Translations under genes and position numbers: made by a program
DNA from: a virus
DNA: 64,000 nt
IMG/VR virus record: IMGVR_UViG_3300002026_000001
Location: 1-64,000 of that record
Reading direction: 5' to 3' (one strand)
The notes under the pieces: generated by a model
Databases searched by the model: none
What the model was told of the DNA's origin: nothing
What the model saw: only the letters and a program-made list of their open reading frames with translations
In this document: positions 1 through 9,675 of the stretch, piece by piece
How the letters are laid out: each line of letters opens with the position of its first letter
How positions within the stretch are numbered: position 1 is the first letter of the stretch

Positions 1-216
1 GAAACGACACGCGCCACCGGCATCGAAGGTGGTCTGCGTACGGACCTGACAGCCGAAACGACACGCGCCACCGGCATCGAAGGTGGTCTGCGTACGGACC
101 TGACAGCCGAAACGACACGCGCCACCGGCATCGAAGGTGGTTTGCGTACGGACCTGACAGCCGAAACGACACGCGCCACCGGAATCGAAGGTGGTTTGCG
201 CACTGACCTCACTGCC
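1..216 (+). repeat. 54-bp tandem repeat array A (LRTDLTAETTRATGIEGG)
   Basis: Unit starts at 34, 88, 142 and 196, plus a partial unit at 1-33; the array may continue upstream of the window. Confidence 0.95.
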
Positions 217-1224
217 CTCGCCGCCGCCGTCATCAAGAAAGATGGTTCTGTTGCTTACACCGGCGACCAGTCGATGAACAGCCACAAGATCACCAACGTG
301 TCGGCTCCGGTTGTTGACGGCGACGCAGCGAACAAGGCGTACGTTGACGGCAAGATCAGTAGCCTCGGTGCCGTGTTTGAATACGCTGGTAAACTGAATG
401 GCGCTGGTGTTGATGGAGCCGCTGCTTTCGATCTGGAAACACTGACCACCAAGCACTCCGGTTCGTACTACAAGGTTGCGACGGCTGGCTTCTTCAAGGT
501 TGGTGCTGGTGATCCCTTCTACGTCAGCCTGACGGACGGTCTGGTGTTCAACACCGCCGGTGGCGTTGACAAGATTGACAACACCAATAGCGTGGTTCAA
601 GGTACGACAAACTTCATCGCCGTTGCCGGCAACTCCGACGCTGGCTTCATCGTCGACGTCGCGACCAACTTCAAGACCCGCGTTTCGACGCTGGAAACTG
701 ATCTGGTTGACGAAGTCACACGCGCTACCGGTATCGAAGGCGGTCTGCGTACCGACCTGACTGCTGAGACCACACGTGCCACCACCGCCGAAGGCGGTCT
801 GCGTACCGACCTGACTGCTGAGACCACACGTGCCACCACCGCCGAAAGCGGTCTGCGTACCGACCTGACTGCTGAGACCACACGTGCTACCGGTATCGAA
901 GGCGGTCTGCGTACCGACCTGACTGCTGAGACCACACGTGCCACCACCGCCGAAGGCGCTGAAGTAACACGTGCAACGACAGCCGAAGCTGCTCTCGGAA
1001 CCCGCCTGACGAACTCGCAATTCGTTTACGATGGTTCGACGTCATCGACCAGCCACGTTGTTGTTCACAACCTCGGTAACAAGTACAACCAAGTTATCGT
1101 GGTCGACAGCAACGACAAGGTCATTCTCCCGGATGCCATCACCTTCAACAGCGTAACGCAGCTGACCGTGGACTTCATTTCCGCGATCACTTGCAAGGTC
1201 ATCGTTTCTTCGCCGAAGGTCTAA
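1..1224 (+). CDS. Fibre/appendage protein with 18-aa coiled-coil repeats (5' truncated by window edge)
   Basis: Frame is open from base 1 (ETTRATGIEGGLRTDLTA...). Contains a DAANKAYVD fibre motif, two repeat arrays, and a C-terminal HNLG beta-domain. Confidence 0.75.
   Translation, partial: ETTRATGIEGGLRTDLTAETTRATGIEGGLRTDLTAETTRATGIEGGLRTDLTAETTRATGIEGGLRTDLTALAAAVIKKDGSVAYTGDQSMNSHKITNVSAPVVDGDAANKAYVDGKISSLGAVFEYAGKLNGAGVDGAAAFDLETLTTKHSGSYYKVATAGFFKVGAGDPFYVSLTDGLVFNTAGGVDKIDNTNSVVQGTTNFIAVAGNSDAGFIVDVATNFKTRVSTLETDLVDEVTRATGIEGGLRTDLTAETTRATTAEGGLRTDLTAETTRATTAESGLRTDLTAETTRATGIEGGLRTDLTAETTRATTAEGAEVTRATTAEAALGTRLTNSQFVYDGSTSSTSHVVVHNLGNKYNQVIVVDSNDKVILPDAITFNSVTQLTVDFISAITCKVIVSSPKV
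709..960 (+). repeat. 54-bp tandem repeat array B (LRTDLTAETTRAT[TA/GI]E[G/S]G)
   Basis: Unit starts at 745, 799, 853 and 907. Same peptide core as array A but different synonymous codons. Confidence 0.95.
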
Positions 1225-1242
1225 GCAACATCGTGCAATAAA

Positions 1243-1276
1243 AACAGAACGGATGTAATAGCCCGTTCTGTTCTCT
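1243..1276 (+). terminator. Putative intrinsic terminator
   Basis: Stem aacagaacgg/ccgttctgtt followed by a pyrimidine run, just after the stop at 1224. Confidence 0.6.
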
Positions 1277-1290
1277 GAGGATAAGAAATC

Positions 1291-1890
1291 ATGGAAGTAA
1301 TTGGCAATTTTGATTTCAAAGGCAAAGGTAAACTGCTCCGCCCGGTACTAGCCGGTACGGACTTTCCGCCCGATCCTAGTGTTGGTGAGATCATCTTCAA
1401 AGATCGGCGTCTGTTCATCTGTATCGAAGTACAAGAAGGTCTTCCTTTTTGGGTGCAGTTGACGCAAGAGTTGAACACTTACCGTCACAACCAGTCGGTA
1501 GCCGCCCTTGAGTGGACAATCGAACACAATCTCAACACAAACATCGTCACGGCTCAAGTTTATGACTCGACGGGCAAGCAAGTAATTCCCGACGAAGTTG
1601 ATTGCAGTCAAACCAACACAACGGTTATCAAGTTCAACACGCCAACTGCTGGCGTTGCCCTGTTCATGATGGGCGACACGATGGGTTCACCGAAGGCAAA
1701 CATTTCTCATGTCCAGTCGTTTGTAAATCAGACGATGTGGGTTGTCATTCACAACCTCGGTTACCATCCCAACATCACCTGCATTGTTGACAGCTACGTT
1801 GTCCAACCTCAATCCATTGTTCACAACAGTACGATGCAAGCGACGGTAACGTTTAGCATGCCTCAAACTGGTAGTGTTCGCTGCGTTTAA
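1291..1890 (+). CDS. Virion structural protein with two HNL beta-domains
   Basis: WTIEHNLN...F..P.AG and WVVIHNLG...F..PQTG repeats; N-terminal GTDFPPDPSVGEIIF fibre-junction motif; RBS gagg. Confidence 0.6.
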   Translation: MEVIGNFDFKGKGKLLRPVLAGTDFPPDPSVGEIIFKDRRLFICIEVQEGLPFWVQLTQELNTYRHNQSVAALEWTIEHNLNTNIVTAQVYDSTGKQVIPDEVDCSQTNTTVIKFNTPTAGVALFMMGDTMGSPKANISHVQSFVNQTMWVVIHNLGYHPNITCIVDSYVVQPQSIVHNSTMQATVTFSMPQTGSVRCV

Positions 1891-1895
1891 GGAGA

Positions 1896-2123
1896 ATGGT
1901 CATGGCAATAAGCATGGCGTTTTCCCACGAACATAAGCAGACTGAAGCTTCAGCAGAGTGGGTTATCAAGCACGGCATCAAGGCAAACCCGTCAGTAAAC
2001 GTCTCGGTTGTGTACGAGGGCAAACTTCAAGTTATGTTGCCTTTGGAAATCACGTACCCTGATATTGACACCGTGGTTGTCAAATTCTCGACGCCGTTCT
2101 CCGGAACAGCACGCCTCGTTTAA
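1896..2123 (+). CDS. Small single-domain HNL-type structural protein
   Basis: WVIKHGI.ANPSV.V...VKFSTPFSGTARLV; RBS aggag. Confidence 0.6.
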   Translation: MVMAISMAFSHEHKQTEASAEWVIKHGIKANPSVNVSVVYEGKLQVMLPLEITYPDIDTVVVKFSTPFSGTARLV

Positions 2124-2132
2124 GGAACCTTT

Positions 2133-2555
2133 ATGGGCTTTCAATCTACGCAACAACGTTATCGGGCGAAGCCACCACCGACTCCGGTAGTTGCACCGTA
2201 TTACGGCATGTCAACACTGGTCACTGCCACAGAGAACATGGTGCTTAGTCTGACAGGCCGGGGACCAACGCCGGGTGTGATCGACACAACGTTTCAACTC
2301 AATGCTTTAACCAGTTCTGGAAACTACATGTACTTTGCGTACCCTGCTGATTATGGTACCGCACGGTTTCGTGATGTTGATGAAAACTTTGTCGGTGGGT
2401 GGGATGGTGCCAACGACGATCCATTTAACGTTTTTGGACCTATCTCACTCATTGTTCACGTTAACAGCGTAGCAATCCCGTTCTATGTGTACAGAACAGA
2501 CTATCCTGATCTCGGTCTGTGCCATTGGGTTGCGAGTCTTGATCCGGCAGGTTAA
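2133..2555 (+). CDS. Putative virion protein, paralogue of 8347-8751
   Basis: Shares YMYFA.P, FVGGWDGANDD and YVYRTDY.DLGLCHW with 8347-8751. Confidence 0.6.
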   Translation: MGFQSTQQRYRAKPPPTPVVAPYYGMSTLVTATENMVLSLTGRGPTPGVIDTTFQLNALTSSGNYMYFAYPADYGTARFRDVDENFVGGWDGANDDPFNVFGPISLIVHVNSVAIPFYVYRTDYPDLGLCHWVASLDPAG

Positions 2556-2557
2556 TC

Positions 2558-3211
2558 ATGCCAATCAGCCTAGCGACTTATATCCAACCAAAGAACGCGA
2601 CCAACCCTGATCCGGCTTTGCGAAATCGCAACTACGTTGTGGAAGATGTCTACTTGAAGGGTGGGTATCAAGTTCGGCTTGACAACGAAGACCGTGACTC
2701 AATTGTCACCATGAATCGTAAAGCCGGTATGATGGTGTTGACGCAAGACACAAACAAGCTTTGGATTTTGTCGTCTGACATGACGACATGGCTTGAATTC
2801 AAGGGTGGCAGTGGCGGCGGTGGAAGTTCGGCTGTCGTTGGTCAACGCAATCAAATGAGTTTCACAACAGCATCCTTGGCACCGGGCGCTTCTGTAGATT
2901 TTCCCATGCTGACCGGTGCAAGCATCATTGCAAACATGCTGAAAGTTTCTGGCCCCTGTGTCGTTCAAATCTTCACCGATATTGGTCACAAGGACACGAA
3001 CCCCTACACGTTTGTCGCTTTAACAAATCACCTTGTCGACGATGGGTCGTACGTTGACACCGACGGGGTCTTGATCTTTGGTCGACGTTTCACAGTTCTG
3101 ATGAATGCTGATGTTCCTGAGACCGGCAACCTGTATTTCCGCATTACAAACCTTCAAGACGCTGCCGCTGCAATAGTTCTTGATATTGAATTTCTGTCAC
3201 TCGAATCTTAA
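2558..3211 (+). CDS. Putative fibre-associated structural protein
   Basis: D..LKGG..V....RD.I...RK.GM.V motif typical of large-phage virion proteins; Gly linker; position among fibre genes. Confidence 0.5.
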   Translation: MPISLATYIQPKNATNPDPALRNRNYVVEDVYLKGGYQVRLDNEDRDSIVTMNRKAGMMVLTQDTNKLWILSSDMTTWLEFKGGSGGGGSSAVVGQRNQMSFTTASLAPGASVDFPMLTGASIIANMLKVSGPCVVQIFTDIGHKDTNPYTFVALTNHLVDDGSYVDTDGVLIFGRRFTVLMNADVPETGNLYFRITNLQDAAAAIVLDIEFLSLES

Positions 3212-3229
3212 ATCTTCTGGAGAACACTC

Positions 3230-4222
3230 ATGGCTGTTACCACCATCACCAAACAAGGCATCACAACTGTCGACGCTCTTGCCATTAGCTTGATTGCTGA
3301 TCTGGCAACGATCCTGACGCTGAAGTTTCCGATTTCTCTGGTCGCGGGTACGACCAAAGAAGCAACTTTTGAATCGTCTACCACCGTTGACCCGCTGTTT
3401 GCCACGCAACCGTGGCGTTTGCGCATTGAGTCCGACGGCTCAGAGCACCTGCAAATCCAAGCCGGTACAATCATTCAGTTGCCCAACGATGGTGGCAACT
3501 CGCTGCTTGACGATGGAGAGACTATCTCCGGCGACTTGGGCAACCACTCAAGTACGTCACCGTCCTCAAATGTTCACTTCTTCAACCGCTCTGCATACCA
3601 GCTTGACCAGAAGCAAGCGTACCCGATCAACTACAGCCTTTCCTACACGAAGCACGGCCTCAGCCTCTTCATTTGGGAAACCAGCATGCACGACTCTGGT
3701 ACAAACTACTCGTGGTTCATCATCCAACGTCCGGTTGACAACTCAACTGGTGCGACGCTGGTTGCAGGCAAGTGCCCGGTCTTCTGCATGTACGCTATCA
3801 ACCGTGCCGCTGGTTCTGGTTCTGGTGATTCTTCTCTCGCTGCTGTATCTGACGTCATCAACAAGTTTACCGTTCGTGAAGCCGACGTCAATCGTCCGGC
3901 TCTTTCATACGACGCGACAATCGACACTGACGACGGCTTCCGCTGTATCAACAAGAAACAGCAAGTTGCGATCACTGAAGACAGCAAGTATGTTCTGACG
4001 TTCCCGAATGGTCTGACGACGCAACGTTATGCTTACCCCAACTACGAACTCGACATGCTGGCCTACTCATCGGCTGATGTGCTTTCGGAATCGAGCGTTG
4101 CATCCATCACGGTTTACGGCGAAGCTTCTGTCCGTGGTTACACAGCAATGAGCGCGAACAAGCCCCGCAACACAGGCATGCGCGTATTCCAACTCACGTC
4201 CGGCACAGACGCAAAGCTGTAA
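3230..4222 (+). CDS. Putative abundant virion/appendage protein
   Basis: 330-aa ORF with strong RBS (ggag) and C-ending codon bias like the capsid gene; function inferred from context. Confidence 0.5.
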   Translation: MAVTTITKQGITTVDALAISLIADLATILTLKFPISLVAGTTKEATFESSTTVDPLFATQPWRLRIESDGSEHLQIQAGTIIQLPNDGGNSLLDDGETISGDLGNHSSTSPSSNVHFFNRSAYQLDQKQAYPINYSLSYTKHGLSLFIWETSMHDSGTNYSWFIIQRPVDNSTGATLVAGKCPVFCMYAINRAAGSGSGDSSLAAVSDVINKFTVREADVNRPALSYDATIDTDDGFRCINKKQQVAITEDSKYVLTFPNGLTTQRYAYPNYELDMLAYSSADVLSESSVASITVYGEASVRGYTAMSANKPRNTGMRVFQLTSGTDAKL

Positions 4223-4304
4223 GCGTTATCTTGGGCGAAAACGTTTATACGCTGTCCTGACCGGACTAGCCCAATGTCTGCCTCGAACATGACTGGAGTA
4301 TCAA

Positions 4305-7300
4305 ATGAAGACCGCTCTCACAAGAGTAACAGATGTAGGTCTTTCGCAAGCTGCCAGCAGTGAAGTGTTTCACGCCGCTGGCACACTCGTTCTCGACTAT
4401 GGTCAGTTGCTTGTCAACGGCGTGGCTCAGGCTACGCCGAAAGTCGTTGTACTGACGGATAATTTGGTAATTCGTCACAACGCAGGTAGCAACCATGTCG
4501 AAACACTTTACTCAGTTGCGACGGTTGGCACAAGCTCTTGGATTTTCTCTTCCACGACAACAACGCCGCCGAACTCGAACAACCCAGTATACGAATCACA
4601 GGCTCCGGTCGATCTGATCTTATTTGAAGATTGGTCAGTACCGAAAGTCGAGACCTTCGCACCCCTCTCAATCATCGACGTCAACACGACGTCGTACGCA
4701 AAGACCGTCATCCCGTCAGAAGTCGTCGAGCCAACTGGTGAAGATTACTACACGCTGGCCGATACTATTCTGTCTGTCGACCCTTTCAACAACACGATAT
4801 TTAGAATGCTGGCTGGAACGAAGCAGCAACTTCCGAGTATAGTTCTTGAGAAGGACGCTCACCCGACAAGTGTTGAGTACTACACTGGTGCTGACGGCAG
4901 TACATTTTCATTGCTTGTTGCTGCTCAAGGTCAGAACAAGGTTCTGGTTCTTGACGGGTTTGACGCTGTCTACGATAGCTTTGATGCCCTGACACCAACA
5001 TCGTTGTACGTTGATCGTGCAGCCGGGATGTTGTATGTGACAGAGTATGGCAACAGCACTGTCTTGCGCATAAATCTCAATGACCGCACAGAAACACGAT
5101 TCACCGTCGGCGCTCAACCTTATGAGCTACACGGGATTGGTTCGTCCGTCTTTGTCGCGTGTCTTGGAGACAACAAGCTTTATAAACTCGGTGGTCCTTC
5201 CGTCACCACCGGACTAGCCCCTTGGAGAGTCTTGTGCATAGGAACCAAAGTCTACGTTGCGTGCTCGTTCTCAAACGAAGTGCGCGTGTACGATTCAGCG
5301 TCGCTTGCGCTGACCGCAACAATTCCAACAGGAAACATTCCATTCTCTTTGACAGCAACCGCAACAAAGCTGTTTGTTGGTTGCTACGGAATAAACACGC
5401 TTGAAGTCTATGACCTAACGACTCTGGAGAAGCTTTCATCAGTCGCTCTTGACACATATGCCTTTGGCGCTGTTGCCAACGCTGCGGCCACAGACATTTT
5501 TGTTTCAATCCTAGGTTCTGGATTGCCTGAACGTTTGCATCTTGCAGACTACGTGGTTGATAGGTTTTCGTTTGAGCCTGAAGTTGGCTGCTTGGCTGGT
5601 TCTGATCACACGTCATCTGCCGTCTTTGCCAGCGGGTTCCTAGAAACGTTTGCAATGCCAGCGTCGATCCCTCCGGGCTATGGTGCGACACTGTTTAAGA
5701 ACGGCGTGTCGGTCGGTGAATCAACAACCGTCGCTATTGGAGATTCCCTGACGGTTTCAGCGACTGCGGGTTCCATTCTCAATCCAGTGTATGAAGTCCC
5801 TGTCACCATCGGGATGTTTACCAACAGCTATGTGTTGTACACAGACACTACGCCAAACCTGTTCACCCCATTTACTTTCGGTGCGGGGACCGCGTTGCCC
5901 GGAGCATCAAGACTGTCAAACGAAATTGACGTCAAGGGCATTCGCCACGACTCTTTGGTGGCGACAACGTCGGCAGGAACTTTATTCAAAAACGGTGTTG
6001 ATGTTGGTCCAACAACGACGGTTGACAACGGCGATAAGATTTCTGTACAACTCGTTGCTGCACCGTCCGGCATGGTTTCCGCTGACGTGTCTATCGGCTC
6101 CGAGTCTGCTACGTATTATTTGTGGACAGTGACCGCTGCAACTCACTTAATCGGTTTTCCAAACTTCTTGTCTGAGGACGGCGTTGAGCTAAATACGGTT
6201 TGTGCAAGCACGTCTGCCCCATTGCGCATAGAGGTTCGACCGCAACCAGAACCGATTCCGGTTCCAGACCCACCACCTGACCCGTTGCCCGACCCTTGGC
6301 CACCGGTACAGCCTGAGCCTCTTCCGCCTTGGACAGTTCCGTACCAAGTAGTCTCTGGCACCCTGCGCGTTAATGGTGTTGATGTCCCAAGCACCGGTGA
6401 GTTGAAAGACTTTGATGTACTTACACTTCTAACAACGTCATCGTCTAAAAACTATGCGACGACAAGTGCTATAGTCATAGTTGATGGACAGCTTTGCGTG
6501 TATGGAGTCCGCACCATCCCCGATCTTTTGCCAGATCAGGTGTACTTGAAAGAAGAGTTTGAGTCTGTTCCGCATGCAACGTACGAAACGCAGTTCACGA
6601 TCACTGGCATCAGCAATGGTCCGTTTGTCAAAGTGCCTGTTAGTGTTGACTGGGGTGATCTGTTTCTAAACGGTAGTCCCGTTACGAGGTTTGCATTAGC
6701 TGGTCTTGGGGACGTTGTTCGGTGGAGGCTTCAGGTTGACGGCCCCTTCAGCGGAAACATAAACTATCCGTTGCAAGTCGGAGACGTGGACGCAGTATGG
6801 TCATTCCACAACTTGAGTCTGAAAGGCGTCAACAAAGGCCGCATCATAACCGGCCACGTGGAAGATGTCGAGTCTACTTGGACGTACCAGACAACGATCC
6901 AGAGCACGGCAAACACCGCCTCTTACTCGATGTCAACGACGGTGCAGCGGAAGTCTGTTGCATTAGCTCCGTATCGACGGACGCCCAATTCGACCAAGGT
7001 CACAGCACCGCTGTTTGCAAAGACCAAGCTGCACATCAACACGTTTGAATCTACAAAGATTTATGTTCGACCTGTTCCGGCGAATCGAAACGTTTTTGTT
7101 GCTTTGCCGGTGCCAGTGAAGTCAAGGCCAAGTAAGACTTACGCAGTGACCTCGACTCCGGTGGTTGCAAAGACGATCCGGTTCAAAGGTGGTGATAGGG
7201 TTTGGGTACGTACGTTCCCGGTCATGCACTTTGTTCTAATCAACAGAGTCCCGACCGCATGCACACGACCGCGTCCGGGCCTAGCCTCAACCTCGGCTGT

Positions 7301-7991
7301 GAAGATGTCGTCACACAACTCTGGACTATGGCAAGCATCTTTTGAAGTACGTCATACGACAGCGAAGTTGGTTGGCGACACGTTTACTTCATCAAGTCGT
7401 GTAGCAGCAGTGTTTGACGATCACCAAGCAACAAAGATGGGCGCGGCCAACTCTGTGTTTGACGCAATGCCGCTGTTGAAAGTCGATGGAAACAACTTTG
7501 CTCTCTTCGCAGGGTTGCCAACGGTCAAAGCACAGCCAACAATCAAAATGTTTGCTGCGTTGCCGACAATCAAAGCACAACCGACGATCAAGCAGTTTGC
7601 CGCGTTGCCAACAACCAAGTTCAGACCGAAGTACTCAACATGGTCTGTCCAGACGTTTAAGGCGAAGCCTATTGCCAAGCAGCTTGCATCATTGACTGCA
7701 AAGCACGTGTCGATTAGAGCGAAACCTGTTGCAACTGCTTGGGAAGCTGGTTCAATCTCGGCATACAAGTTTGTTCCACCGTCGCCGGTCAAGAGCGTGT
7801 CATCGCAAAGAACTGCGCTGTATCCAAACGATGACGGTATGTTCTCCAACACGCAAGTTGCTCTTGAGTTTGCACGCACTCAAGGGTATGTCGACATTCA
7901 GACATTGCTTGTTGGTTCTCGTTACATTTACATTGGTGACTGCGCAACTCGCAAGGCGCAACATCACATGGGTTGGGTAAGGGGTGGATGA
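4305..7991 (+). CDS. Large fibre/adhesin-like protein: YVTN-type beta-propeller, repeated beta-domains, Pro-rich hinge, basic C-terminal region
   Basis: Blades such as TIPTGNIPFSLT and VYVACSFSNEVRVYD; three LFKNG/LNG..V....TV..GD repeats; PEPIPVPDPPPDPLPDPWPP; three FAALPT.KAQPTIK repeats. Confidence 0.65.
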   Translation: MKTALTRVTDVGLSQAASSEVFHAAGTLVLDYGQLLVNGVAQATPKVVVLTDNLVIRHNAGSNHVETLYSVATVGTSSWIFSSTTTTPPNSNNPVYESQAPVDLILFEDWSVPKVETFAPLSIIDVNTTSYAKTVIPSEVVEPTGEDYYTLADTILSVDPFNNTIFRMLAGTKQQLPSIVLEKDAHPTSVEYYTGADGSTFSLLVAAQGQNKVLVLDGFDAVYDSFDALTPTSLYVDRAAGMLYVTEYGNSTVLRINLNDRTETRFTVGAQPYELHGIGSSVFVACLGDNKLYKLGGPSVTTGLAPWRVLCIGTKVYVACSFSNEVRVYDSASLALTATIPTGNIPFSLTATATKLFVGCYGINTLEVYDLTTLEKLSSVALDTYAFGAVANAAATDIFVSILGSGLPERLHLADYVVDRFSFEPEVGCLAGSDHTSSAVFASGFLETFAMPASIPPGYGATLFKNGVSVGESTTVAIGDSLTVSATAGSILNPVYEVPVTIGMFTNSYVLYTDTTPNLFTPFTFGAGTALPGASRLSNEIDVKGIRHDSLVATTSAGTLFKNGVDVGPTTTVDNGDKISVQLVAAPSGMVSADVSIGSESATYYLWTVTAATHLIGFPNFLSEDGVELNTVCASTSAPLRIEVRPQPEPIPVPDPPPDPLPDPWPPVQPEPLPPWTVPYQVVSGTLRVNGVDVPSTGELKDFDVLTLLTTSSSKNYATTSAIVIVDGQLCVYGVRTIPDLLPDQVYLKEEFESVPHATYETQFTITGISNGPFVKVPVSVDWGDLFLNGSPVTRFALAGLGDVVRWRLQVDGPFSGNINYPLQVGDVDAVWSFHNLSLKGVNKGRIITGHVEDVESTWTYQTTIQSTANTASYSMSTTVQRKSVALAPYRRTPNSTKVTAPLFAKTKLHINTFESTKIYVRPVPANRNVFVALPVPVKSRPSKTYAVTSTPVVAKTIRFKGGDRVWVRTFPVMHFVLINRVPTACTRPRPGLASTSAVKMSSHNSGLWQASFEVRHTTAKLVGDTFTSSSRVAAVFDDHQATKMGAANSVFDAMPLLKVDGNNFALFAGLPTVKAQPTIKMFAALPTIKAQPTIKQFAALPTTKFRPKYSTWSVQTFKAKPIAKQLASLTAKHVSIRAKPVATAWEAGSISAYKFVPPSPVKSVSSQRTALYPNDDGMFSNTQVALEFARTQGYVDIQTLLVGSRYIYIGDCATRKAQHHMGWVRGG

Positions 7992-8335
7992 TGGCCGGGA
8001 CTAAACAAACGTGGCGTCATTTCTGCCTTCGGGCAGATGATATATCTGTCCAGCGTAAGATATATGGTCACAACTGCCTATTTCAAATACCAAAACATGT
8101 GCTGGTTCAAGGTTGTGCCACTAAGCAGATGGATGTTTTGATACCCAAACGGTTTCAGGGTGCCTTCAACTGCATTCCTGAAATCGTGACCCCACCTGCT
8201 CATGGATCGTTGTTGTTCACTGGTACCGGTTGGGAATACACACCAACCGGTGTTTGGGTGGATGACGAGTTTACATACGTGGTGAAAGTCAACCACCTTG
8301 TTTCAAACCTTGGTACCTGCACCATACTCAAATAA
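7988..8335 (+). CDS. Hypothetical protein, coupled to the upstream gene
   Basis: ATGA overlap with the stop at 7991; PP.HG.L repeat-like motif. Confidence 0.55.
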   Translation: MMAGTKQTWRHFCLRADDISVQRKIYGHNCLFQIPKHVLVQGCATKQMDVLIPKRFQGAFNCIPEIVTPPAHGSLLFTGTGWEYTPTGVWVDDEFTYVVKVNHLVSNLGTCTILK

Positions 8336-8346
8336 GGGAGTTTGCA

Positions 8347-8751
8347 ATGCCTCTGATGATGCTCGTTCCAAAGTTCAAAGCAAGTCAGTTTATAGTTATG
8401 TGGGGAATGAGCACTCAGGCACTTGCAACTGAGTCTATGGTTCTTGGATTGGCTACGCGGTCATCGGCACCAAAGACCGTAAACAGAACCTTCGCTCTCA
8501 CTGCCCCTGCTGATTCTGGACTGTACATGTACTTTGCTTCACCCGTGTCTGCTGGACCTGTTCAATTTTATGATGTTAATGCAAGCTTCGTTGGTGGGTG
8601 GGATGGTGCCAACGACGATCATTTTGGAATCTATGGTCCCTTGACATTGGATGTGCTGATTGATGATGTCGTCGTTCCATACTATGTCTACAGAACGGAC
8701 TATGCTGATCTTGGTCTGTGTCACTGGCAAACGAGTCCTCTCGTTGACTAA
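8347..8751 (+). CDS. Putative virion protein, paralogue of 2133-2555
   Basis: Shared motifs and near-identical DNA blocks; RBS agggag. Confidence 0.6.
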   Translation: MPLMMLVPKFKASQFIVMWGMSTQALATESMVLGLATRSSAPKTVNRTFALTAPADSGLYMYFASPVSAGPVQFYDVNASFVGGWDGANDDHFGIYGPLTLDVLIDDVVVPYYVYRTDYADLGLCHWQTSPLVD

Positions 8752-8828
8752 ATTTTGACTTAATAATTTAAGCAGCGTACAACGAACCTGCTTTCCTCAG
8801 CCGCTCAACTGTTTTATTGGAGACTCAA

Positions 8829-9650
8829 ATGCTTATTGATGGTATCGAACTAGCCGAAGGTAGTCAGATTAAGAACCCGGCACTTGCAACTGGCCCCGAT
8901 TTTCCAGCGAACGCTGACAAGGGTGAGCTTTTCTACAACGAGACGCTTCAAGCACTGTGCATCAATGACGGCACCAACTGGGTTGTGCTCGGCGCTGTTC
9001 GTCTGGTTGCTGGTCGCTCTGGCGAAGTTGTTCTGGACGTCACCGACGTTGCAAACGCAGTGGCCGTTGCTCAGATCGGCGCAATGAACGGTGTTGCTTC
9101 ACTCAACGGACAAACGCAAGTCCCTGACGATCAAATCAACGCTTACAACAAAAACACGTCGGACGCACGCTTTGTGCACCAAGATCAGGTTGGTGTTGCG
9201 AACGGGATTCCAACGTTGAACACCGTCGGCCAAGTGCCTGATGAACAAGTCAACACGTACACCAAGATCGAGATTGACCAGAAGGTCGGCAGCGCAACGA
9301 CCGCGCAGTACCACGCAACGCCGTACGACATTGCATCAGCCGTCGTCAACAAGCCAGCCGGTGGTGCGAAGGTGCTTCGCTTCGTTGCACCGCGTGCTTT
9401 CAAGATCATCACCAACGCCGTCGGTTCAATCTTCCGCGCCGGTGCAGTATCAACTGGAACCGTGATCTTTGGCCTGTTCAAGAACACGACGCAGATCGGC
9501 ACTGTTACGTTTTCTGCGGGTGCTGCAATCGCAACGTGCGTGATTACAGAAACAACATTCGGCATTGGCGACGTGCTTGGCATGGTCGCACAGCCGGTTC
9601 AGGATGCTACACTTGCTGACGTGATGTTTACGATTTCAGCACAACTGTAA
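8829..9650 (+). CDS. Tail fibre-like protein
   Basis: MLIDGIELAEGS start after ggag; FPANADKGELFY junction motif; two NGVA.L...GQVP and YTK.E.D fibre repeats. Confidence 0.65.
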   Translation: MLIDGIELAEGSQIKNPALATGPDFPANADKGELFYNETLQALCINDGTNWVVLGAVRLVAGRSGEVVLDVTDVANAVAVAQIGAMNGVASLNGQTQVPDDQINAYNKNTSDARFVHQDQVGVANGIPTLNTVGQVPDEQVNTYTKIEIDQKVGSATTAQYHATPYDIASAVVNKPAGGAKVLRFVAPRAFKIITNAVGSIFRAGAVSTGTVIFGLFKNTTQIGTVTFSAGAAIATCVITETTFGIGDVLGMVAQPVQDATLADVMFTISAQL

Positions 9651-9675
9651 CAGCAAGTATGTTGGAGTTACGATA

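Noticed and set aside
1-960. CRISPR-like array
   Set aside because: The 54-bp units are contiguous in-frame coding repeats with no unique spacers.
4260-5220. accggactagccc repeated at about 4260 (intergenic) and about 5207 (coding)
   Set aside because: A 13-bp match is expected many times by chance in 64 kb; flanking similarity is weak.
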